Below, piece by piece: positions 9,392 to 15,970 of a stretch of DNA of 64,000 nucleotides. The first letter of the stretch is position 1. The number at the start of each line of letters is the position of its first letter. The notes below the pieces were generated by a model. The model did no database searches. It was not told the origin of the DNA and was given only the letters and a program-made list of their open reading frames with translations. The stretch is from the NCBI GenBank assembly GCA_964607485.1, contig CAZSKP010000021.1, positions 13,500 to 77,499 on the forward strand. Direction: 5' to 3'. The DNA comes from an uncultured bacterium. Lineage in GTDB: Bacteria > Abyssobacteria > SURF-5. The position numbers and the translations under genes were made by a program.

Positions 9392-9455
9392 GTACCTATC
9401 GTTAAGGTATCTTACAGTTAGGTACTATCCTATCAGATTGCCCAACGGAAGTCAA
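9392..9455 (-). promoter_or_regulatory. sigma70 promoter with tandem palindromic operator, probable PadR autoregulation site
   Basis: minus strand TTGACT(9455-9450)-17 bp-TAGGAT(9432-9427); two overlapping TAYCT-N7-AGGTA boxes at 9393-9409 and 9408-9424. Confidence 0.6.
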
Positions 9456-9504
9456 CTGGGACGCGGACACGCCGGCCGGACACCCGAGAGCCGCCTCGCG
9501 GTTG

Positions 9505-9542
9505 ATAAAAAGATGGCATCCGACGAATTCGTCGGATGCCAT
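9505..9542 (-). terminator. palindromic hairpin/terminator after rpsI
   Basis: perfect 30-bp palindrome ATGGCATCCGACGAATTCGTCGGATGCCAT (9513-9542) followed by CTTTTTAT on the minus strand. Confidence 0.7.
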
Positions 9543-9570
9543 GGTAAACAGCAGGGCTGACAGCCCCGGT

Positions 9571-9966
9571 CTATCTCTTCGAGAACTGGAACCTCGCTCG
9601 CGCGCCCTTCTGACCATACTTCTTGCGCTCCTTCATCCGAGGGTCGCGCGTGAGGAAGCCGCCCTTCCGGAGGGCGCTTCTGAAATCCGGGTCGTAGGTG
9701 AGGAGCGCCCGGGCGATTCCGTGCCGCAGAGCGCCCGCCTGTCCGGAAACGCCTCCGCCGCTCACGTTCGCCTGAACGTCGAACTGGCCCAGAGTCTCCG
9801 TTGCTTCGAGCGGCTGCTTTATCAGCATCGACAGGGTCTCGCGACCGAAGTATTCTTCGAGCGTCTTTCCGTTCACGGAGAACGTACCGTTCCCCTTTGT
9901 GAGACGAACGCGCGCCAGAGAGCGTTTGCGTCTGCCCGTTCCGATGAATATACCCTTTTGATTCAC
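9571..9966 (-). CDS. rpsI: 30S ribosomal protein S9
   Basis: [44 protein letters not shown]. Confidence 0.99.
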   Translation of the reverse strand: MNQKGIFIGTGRRKRSLARVRLTKGNGTFSVNGKTLEEYFGRETLSMLIKQPLEATETLGQFDVQANVSGGGVSGQAGALRHGIARALLTYDPDFRSALRKGGFLTRDPRMKERKKYGQKGARARFQFSKR

Positions 9967-10012
9967 TTCAGGCTGCCTCCCATATCAGCATTGACGAACG
10001 TGTGTTCGCGCT

Positions 10013-10441
10013 TCAGATGCTTATCTGTTCGGGTTTCTGCGCCTCGTGTGGATGGCTTGGGCCGGCGTACACTCGGAGCTTCCTGGTCATCGCCCTCCCG
10101 AGACGGTTGCGCGGAAGCATTCCCTTCACGGCTTTATAGACGATGCGCTCGGGGAACTTCTCCTGCACTTCCCGGTAGGTGGCGGTCTTCAGTCCGCCCG
10201 GCCATCCGGTGTGGCGGCGATACAACTTCTGCAACGGCTTCTTGCCGGTCACCCTGACCTTTTCCGCATTGATTACGATGACGTGGTCGCCGAGGTTCAC
10301 GTGGGGGGAATACTCCGGCTTATGCTTTCCCCGCAACAGCTTTGCGGCTTCGCTGGCCAGTCGTCCGAGCACCTTCCCTTCGGCGTCGATCAGGTACCAC
10401 TTGCTATCTATGTCGCCCGGCTTGGGCGAATACGTACGCAT
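10013..10441 (-). CDS. rplM: 50S ribosomal protein L13
   Basis: [36 protein letters not shown]. Confidence 0.99.
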   Translation of the reverse strand: MRTYSPKPGDIDSKWYLIDAEGKVLGRLASEAAKLLRGKHKPEYSPHVNLGDHVIVINAEKVRVTGKKPLQKLYRRHTGWPGGLKTATYREVQEKFPERIVYKAVKGMLPRNRLGRAMTRKLRVYAGPSHPHEAQKPEQISI

Positions 10442-10497
10442 CTGCTTTCAAACCTCCAGACATGAGTTCTTCGTTTTGACGCATGGAAATTCAAGAT

Positions 10498-10526
10498 AAT
10501 GTAGCAGAAAACAGCGAAACTGTCAA
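10498..10526 (-). promoter_or_regulatory. sigma70 promoter of rplM-rpsI
   Basis: minus strand TTGACA-17 bp-TACATT with extended TG. Confidence 0.7.
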
Positions 10527-10649
10527 GTCAGGCAGGCGTCTTGCGTGGGAAGAGGGGAAAGCGGTGACATAGAGACCGCCCGCTTTTGGCGACGGAGTCA
10601 CCCTATACGTCACAGCGGTACCCCTCCGTCGGAACGTCGATGGGGACTC

Positions 10650-10850
10650 TTATCCGGTTTCCTTGCGAGACCTTGGTCTTGCTCGGTTCCTTCCTTTCTT
10701 GTCCGCCGATTTCGTTTCGAGCGAACCGGCCGTCGGCCCGGAGGCCAATAGCGCTTCCAGTTCCCGGTTCGTTACACCGTCGTTCTGAGCGAAGCGCTTC
10801 GGCGGGACGATCCCCAGCCTGAGCTTCGTGCGTGTGAGTTTGTCGCCCAT
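10650..10850 (-). CDS. small basic hypothetical protein (66 aa)
   Basis: ATG begins 1 bp after the stop of the ExeA-like gene, suggesting translational coupling; no recognised domain. Confidence 0.5.
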   Translation of the reverse strand: MGDKLTRTKLRLGIVPPKRFAQNDGVTNRELEALLASGPTAGSLETKSADKKGRNRARPRSRKETG

Positions 10851-10851
10851 G

Positions 10852-11697
10852 CTAGATGCTGTTCTCTATGCAGCGCTCAACGACCTCTCGCGTCACCCTC
10901 GATTCGCCCCGCATGGACGCCTCGAGGAGCGAGTTGTCGGCAAGCTTGCTTACCTCCCGGCAGATTCCTGCTGAATGCGCGTGTATGACGTCGAAGGTTT
11001 CTTGGTCGAACAACTCTTCGGTAGAGCCGGCGACCATCAGCCTGAACTTGATGTACTGCTCGGTTTCCGGGCGCGACATGGGCATCAGATATGAGGCCAT
11101 CGCGATTCTGCCCCGAAGGGAGCTGTACCTCTTGTGGCGAAGGCGTCGCAGAAAAGTTTCCTCGGCGAGCATGATGACGGTGCACAGCTTTTCCTGAGGG
11201 GTTTCCATGTTCGTGAGCGCGCGTATCATGTGAAGCTGGTCCGACAACAGGAAGTGCGACTCGTCAACGATCAACACCACGCGCTGTCCCTTGCCGTACG
11301 CCGACATCAGGAAGGAATGGATGCTTTCGAGCAACGTCTGCGTGTTTTCTCTCCCGGAGGGACGGGGAACCTCCAGCTCGTCGAGTATGCATCCGAGAAG
11401 CCCCATCTTGCTCATTCCCGGATTAGCCAGAACAACCGCCGGAATGAATTCGCTCTCGCTCAATGCGCTGAGCAGCATCTGGGCGAGGAGGGTTTTCCCC
11501 GTGCCGCTGCGTCCCCACACCAGCCCGAGCGCCTTATGATGCCGTGCACACATCATCATCCGCACGAACGCCGTCTCGTGAGCCTCGGTCCTGTAGAAGA
11601 ACTCGGGATTCACGCTGTCGCTGAACGGGACTCGCGTCAAGCCGAAGTGTTCGCAATAGTCAAGCGCCATATCCAACCGCCTTGCTGCTACTTCCAT
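10852..11697 (-). CDS. ExeA/GspA-like AAA ATPase without a membrane or peptidoglycan-binding tail
   Basis: YCEHFGL..PF, GRSGTGKT Walker A, LIVDESH Walker B, GICREV..DNSL; AGGAG RBS. Confidence 0.88.
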   Translation of the reverse strand: MEVAARRLDMALDYCEHFGLTRVPFSDSVNPEFFYRTEAHETAFVRMMMCARHHKALGLVWGRSGTGKTLLAQMLLSALSESEFIPAVVLANPGMSKMGLLGCILDELEVPRPSGRENTQTLLESIHSFLMSAYGKGQRVVLIVDESHFLLSDQLHMIRALTNMETPQEKLCTVIMLAEETFLRRLRHKRYSSLRGRIAMASYLMPMSRPETEQYIKFRLMVAGSTEELFDQETFDVIHAHSAGICREVSKLADNSLLEASMRGESRVTREVVERCIENSI

Positions 11698-11739
11698 ACA
11701 TAAATCTCCTGTTTGTTTGAGAAACCCCGACCCAATTAC

Positions 11740-12849
11740 CTATTCGGCTGTTGCCGCTGCCAATACGGAGCAGCGCTCAACAAACACGCCAAAACCCGTC
11801 CCCTCCATTCGAGGGCGGGGTGATGCCGTTCCCTTCTCCAACAGCGTGCGCGCGAGTCTTCTCACCGCCGCAGAGGCCCTCGACTGAGGGTATCCGACCG
11901 AAAACGGTACGCGCTCGTCCACCGCGCGCCGCACATGCGAGTCCTCCCAGATATGCCCCAGTTCAAGCAACGAGCGGGCAAGAAAGCGTCGCGTGCAATC
12001 GGAGATGCGCCCGAGGGTCGCCGCTCCCTCGCGCGCGCTTCTTACGCGGTTCGCCACCACGCCTATACGGCAATATGGGCTGCGCTGAAATGTGAGTTTG
12101 ATCAGGGCATAGGCGTCTGCGATCGCGGTCGTTTCGGGTGTCGTGACGACAAGCACGAAGTCGGAGGAAACCAAGAAGTCGAGCACGCTGCCGCCGACGC
12201 CCGCCGCTGTGTCGATGAGGATCACGTCGTACCGCGATTCAAGTTTCCTCAACCCGGCCAGCAGCGTCTGACGCCTGTGCGCCGGCAGGTTCGCCATCTC
12301 GAATATCCCCGACGAGCCGGGCACGATGTCGGGCCCACCGGGCATCCTTGCTATTATCTCGTCGATCGCGCATTCTCCCGAGATGACATGCGTGAGCGTG
12401 CGGTCGGTCGTCAGCCCGGCCAGCAGATGGAGGTTCGCCACCCCGAGGTCGGCATCCATCACCGCCGTCCGCAGGCCCTCTCTTGCCAGCTCCACGGAGA
12501 GGTTCAACGCGACGTTGCTCTTTCCGACGCCTCCCTTGCCGCTGGTTATCGCAATCAACTTGCCGGCGTTCAGGCCGTTCCGGCCTACGCCGTTCGAGCC
12601 CCCGGTCCATCCCGATGGGTCGGCGAGCATCTTGGACAGGTGGGTCCTGAGCGCAGTGGGTGCAAGGCCGTCCTTCAGCAGGCGATTCGCCGCGGCCAAT
12701 ATCTTCAGGTCGCTCGTGGAATACGTGCGGGGAATCTCCAGGCGCGAGAGCGAGAGAAAATCCTGACAGTGCATCTCCAAGAATCTGAATCGGGCAGGCT
12801 CAATGCCCAGCAGCTTGGCTGCCTCGTGTGTCTTCAAGCGATTGTTCAC
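11740..12849 (-). CDS. MinD/FlhG-family ATPase with N-terminal MerR-like HTH
   Basis: LKTHEAAKLLGI..RTYSTSDL HTH; ITSGKGGVGKSN, DADLGVAN, IDTAAG, TTPETTAIADAYALIK. Confidence 0.88.
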   Translation of the reverse strand: MNNRLKTHEAAKLLGIEPARFRFLEMHCQDFLSLSRLEIPRTYSTSDLKILAAANRLLKDGLAPTALRTHLSKMLADPSGWTGGSNGVGRNGLNAGKLIAITSGKGGVGKSNVALNLSVELAREGLRTAVMDADLGVANLHLLAGLTTDRTLTHVISGECAIDEIIARMPGGPDIVPGSSGIFEMANLPAHRRQTLLAGLRKLESRYDVILIDTAAGVGGSVLDFLVSSDFVLVVTTPETTAIADAYALIKLTFQRSPYCRIGVVANRVRSAREGAATLGRISDCTRRFLARSLLELGHIWEDSHVRRAVDERVPFSVGYPQSRASAAVRRLARTLLEKGTASPRPRMEGTGFGVFVERCSVLAAATAE

Positions 12850-12905
12850 GCCGCCTCTGCGGGGATTGGTGCGGGAATGAATTCAAGATATTGTATTTCC
12901 ATAGA

Positions 12906-12938
12906 ATTGTAATACATCATATGGTATTTGTCAATACC
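12906..12938 (-). promoter_or_regulatory. sigma70 promoter with overlapping inverted repeats
   Basis: minus strand TTGACA-17 bp-TACAAT; AATAC-N8-GTATT in the spacer and GGTATT-N4-AATACC over the -35. Confidence 0.65.
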
Positions 12939-12993
12939 TTTTTCGGCAAAAGTTTCCCCTTTTTTCCCCGGAAGTTTTTCATTCCGAAGGGAT

Positions 12994-13067
12994 GTCGTGC
13001 TGAGCGTAGAGAAGCATCTCGTTTTGCACCAACGCGATAGGGGATTCTTCGCTACGCTCGGAATGAC
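12994..13067. repeat. REP/MITE-like imperfect palindromic element
   Basis: GTCGTGCTGAGCGTAGAGAAGCATCTC ... GGGATTCTTCGCTACGCTCGGAATGAC inverted arms. Confidence 0.7.
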
Positions 13068-13224
13068 GGTCAACGAGCAACCCCCCGGGCGACCCGAAAC
13101 GGGCGCCGTCTTTAATTCCGGAATGGCGCCGCTTGCCGAATGCTCTCCACCTTTGACAATATTATGTTGAGAATATAGTATTGTGTCGTCGAGACAGGCA
13201 ACTTAACGAAAGGGGAGAGGAAAA

Positions 13225-13494
13225 TTGTCTTTCAAACTCGTGTGCACAACGCTGTTGGTGGTATTCCTGACGGCGTTGGGATGCGCTTCGATCGAGGAGG
13301 GCTACTCCACCCATTATGGTCTGACCAATCCGGACGTCCCGCCCGTTAATCCCGACCTGACGGACGAGAGTTACAGGGGAGGCGTTGTGGGCCAGCAAGA
13401 AATCGAGGAATACGATAAGAAATATCACGACCAGGAGACTTTCACGCCGCCCCCGTCGGAATCGTCGGAGGAACAGGAGCAGCCGGCCGAATGA
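13225..13494 (+). CDS. small acidic putative lipoprotein
   Basis: hydrophobic signal ending TALGC (lipobox-like), GAGG RBS, acidic Pro-rich body. Confidence 0.7.
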   Translation: MSFKLVCTTLLVVFLTALGCASIEEGYSTHYGLTNPDVPPVNPDLTDESYRGGVVGQQEIEEYDKKYHDQETFTPPPSESSEEQEQPAE

Positions 13495-13669
13495 CCGAAG
13501 CGCATTCGAATCCTCGTCCGCTGGGCCCGTGAGCCCTTGTCCCCGCTTGGCGCTTTTCGTGAGTATTGCCCTGCCTGCAGGCAACACATTTTCAGGTCGA
13601 TTCGGTCGATGACGGAGTTGTCGACAATCCGCGCGGCTGCTCCCCATGCTTTTGTGAAGTGAGGATGGG

Positions 13670-14260
13670 TTGACAACGATGGAGATAGAAGCTAAGGTCA
13701 GGTTGAAGAATCCCGTCGCACTCCGGGCCGCCCTGACCTCGGCGGGCGCCACTTTCGAGGGAAGGGTGCTCGAAAGGAACTGGCTATATGACCATCCCGA
13801 GCGGAGCCTTGCGGCCGCGGACAAATTGCTCAGGCTCAGAGAGAGCAGGCGAGTGTCGCTCACGTTCAAGGGACCGAGACACGAATCGGAATACAAGAAG
13901 AGAGAGGAATTGGAAATCGAGTTTCCCGACGCCTCGTCCGCAGCATCGCTGCTGAAAGCGGTCGGGTTCGTCATGTGGTTTTACTACGAAAAGATGCGTG
14001 AAACATGGAAGCTCGGTGCCGCCGAAGTCGTGCTGGACGAGCTGCCGCACCTGGGCCTGTTCGTAGAAATCGAGGCGCCGACCGAAGCGGAAATCGAGGA
14101 AGTTGTCAGGAAGCTGAAGCTCCCACACGACTATATCACCTCGACCTACGTCGAGATGCTCGATGAGCTGGCGCCGCAACCGGGCAAGCGTGTGCGCGAG
14201 TTCAAGTTCCCGAGCGGCCACGAGTCCGCCCTCGCGACGGGAGAGGACGGGGCGGCATAG
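13670..14260 (+). CDS. CYTH-family protein (class IV adenylate cyclase-like)
   Basis: EIEAK ExExK motif, LRLR, LTFKGP, YEKMRE, FVEIE. Confidence 0.9.
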   Translation: MTTMEIEAKVRLKNPVALRAALTSAGATFEGRVLERNWLYDHPERSLAAADKLLRLRESRRVSLTFKGPRHESEYKKREELEIEFPDASSAASLLKAVGFVMWFYYEKMRETWKLGAAEVVLDELPHLGLFVEIEAPTEAEIEEVVRKLKLPHDYITSTYVEMLDELAPQPGKRVREFKFPSGHESALATGEDGAA

Positions 14261-14317
14261 CTCACGGGGAAGATCCGAGACACATCTCGACACATATTTG
14301 ACCTGCGAGGAGGAAAG

Positions 14318-15220
14318 ATGGCAGAGCGCAAGAAGAGGAAAGCGGCCGGCTCCACCCGGCGGAGAGCTCGCCCGAAGAAACAGAAGACCGCAATTATCTT
14401 TCAAGGGGGCGCTTCGCGCGGAGCGCTCCAGGTCGGCGCGATGAAGTACCTCGACGAAATGGGCGTCGTGCCCGACATCATCATCGGGAGCTCGATCGGA
14501 GTCATAAACGCCTGTCTCTACGCCACGGGCGGCATCGGCAGGATGGAGGAGTTCTGGACGTCGTTCCGGTCACGCCCGATCGTGAGCGGCGTAAGCGCAC
14601 ACGAAAACATTTTTCTCGGCAACTCGCTCCTTTCGATGCGGAAGACCTTCGAGGATATCGAGAGCTATTTTGATTTTCCAGAAATCCTTCACAGCCCAAT
14701 CGAGGTCTCCTTCATTCTCACCAACCTCTCCGAGGGCACGGGCGAGTTGAGGTCGAACCGGACCGAGAAGACATGGGAAGACCTTCGGACAATCGCCCGG
14801 ATCGGTTACACGATACCCGGCCTCTTTCCCCTCATAAAGTTCCGGGACGACTACTGGTGCGACGGAGGTTTCGTGTGGAACGTCCCTCTCGAATACGCTC
14901 TCCAAAAAGGAGCCACCCGCATCTTCATGCTGCTGTGCATCGGACGCAGCCTTCCGAGGCAGGACAGATTCAAGAATATCTATGAGGTGCTCACTCGTTT
15001 CTACGACGTCATGTGGGTCCACGTCGGCAGCGGAGGAATACTCCAGCGCGACTTCACGCATGCGATGTACAAGGGCGCGGAGGTACATATCGTGGAGCCG
15101 AGCACATACCTCGAAGGCTTCGGCATGATGAGTTTGCTCACGTTTCACCCGTCGAAGGCGAGGAAGTTCATCGAACTGGGATATGAAGATGCGCGTGAGC
15201 AGCTCGGAGAGCTAAGGTAG
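14318..15220 (+). CDS. patatin-like phospholipase
   Basis: GGASRG, GSSIG nucleophile elbow, DGG. Confidence 0.9.
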   Translation: MAERKKRKAAGSTRRRARPKKQKTAIIFQGGASRGALQVGAMKYLDEMGVVPDIIIGSSIGVINACLYATGGIGRMEEFWTSFRSRPIVSGVSAHENIFLGNSLLSMRKTFEDIESYFDFPEILHSPIEVSFILTNLSEGTGELRSNRTEKTWEDLRTIARIGYTIPGLFPLIKFRDDYWCDGGFVWNVPLEYALQKGATRIFMLLCIGRSLPRQDRFKNIYEVLTRFYDVMWVHVGSGGILQRDFTHAMYKGAEVHIVEPSTYLEGFGMMSLLTFHPSKARKFIELGYEDAREQLGELR

Positions 15221-15240
15221 GAGGGAGACCCTAATAAGAA

Positions 15241-15275
15241 ACGGCCTGCCCGAAGGGACAGGCCGTGCTGTTTTT
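15241..15275. terminator. bidirectional intrinsic terminator
   Basis: ACGGCCTG-CCCGAAGGG-ACAGGCCGT hairpin between convergent genes, with T-rich flanks. Confidence 0.7.
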
Positions 15276-15285
15276 GTGACCGAGC

Positions 15286-15483
15286 TTACGATTCTTCTAC
15301 CTGGATGGCCTCCACGGGGCACTCCTCGGCAGCCTGCTTTATCAGCTCCTCGTTTGCGTTGAAATCCGCGTCGTCCTTCACGGTCGCTTGTTCGTCGCCG
15401 AGCTCGAACACGTCGGGACAGGTGGTCTCGCAGAGGCCGCAGCCGGTGCAGTCTTCAGTGATCCAGACCCTCTCAATTGCCAT
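15286..15483 (-). CDS. monocluster ferredoxin
   Basis: CTGCGLCETTCPDVF ... EECPVEAI; AGGAGG RBS. Confidence 0.93.
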   Translation of the reverse strand: MAIERVWITEDCTGCGLCETTCPDVFELGDEQATVKDDADFNANEELIKQAAEECPVEAIQVEES

Positions 15484-15723
15484 CTTCCAACCTCCTTCTC
15501 TTTTTGGTATTTTGACGAATAATCGTCAGCGGGTCGCGGACGCGTATTATACAGTTTTTCCCCTCGAAGGGCAAGTATTTTTTTCGCGCGCCTGTGATGA
15601 TGCCCGCTCTCATACCATGACAAAAAATAAACAGGCGCGCATGCGTGAGCCTGAAAAACAATGTACGTTCTGAACGGGTTCGTGCAAGGGCTAAAGGGGC
15701 AGGGGAGAGGCCCGCGCCGCCCT

Positions 15724-15954
15724 CTATATTTGTCCGGCCACGAGCGTCTCGGTCGCCTGGACGCCCTGGATGCCACGTATCTGGCGCACCACGAGCCGGG
15801 AAAGCTCGTCCAGCGTGCTGGCCTCTATGATGAGGAGGGTGTCCCAGTGTCCAAAAACGGGGTTGACCTCCACGACACCCGAAATAGTGCTGATTTGAGA
15901 AAGCGTTTTTTCTTCTAATCCGGGAACCAGGCTCAGCAGGACGTATGCTTTCAT
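15724..15954 (-). CDS. stand-alone Lrp/AsnC ligand-binding (RAM) domain protein
   Basis: KAYVLL..GVVEVNPVFGHWD..IRGIQGVQATETL. Confidence 0.85.
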   Translation of the reverse strand: MKAYVLLSLVPGLEEKTLSQISTISGVVEVNPVFGHWDTLLIIEASTLDELSRLVVRQIRGIQGVQATETLVAGQI

Positions 15955-15970
15955 CGTTCACCTTCCTCTT

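Noticed and set aside
10545-10650. Possible structured RNA between the small ORF and the rplM promoter (GACGGAG/CTCCGTC pairing)
   Set aside because: It lies upstream of the rplM promoter, so it is not an L13 leader; the pairings are short and plausible by chance or as a terminator
10852-11697. ExeA-like ATPase as a transposon (TnsC/IstB-like) helper
   Set aside because: No adjacent transposase or integrase and no terminal repeats seen
11740-12849. Assigning the symbol flhG/fleN
   Set aside because: It has an extra HTH domain and no flagellar context, so the function cannot be assumed
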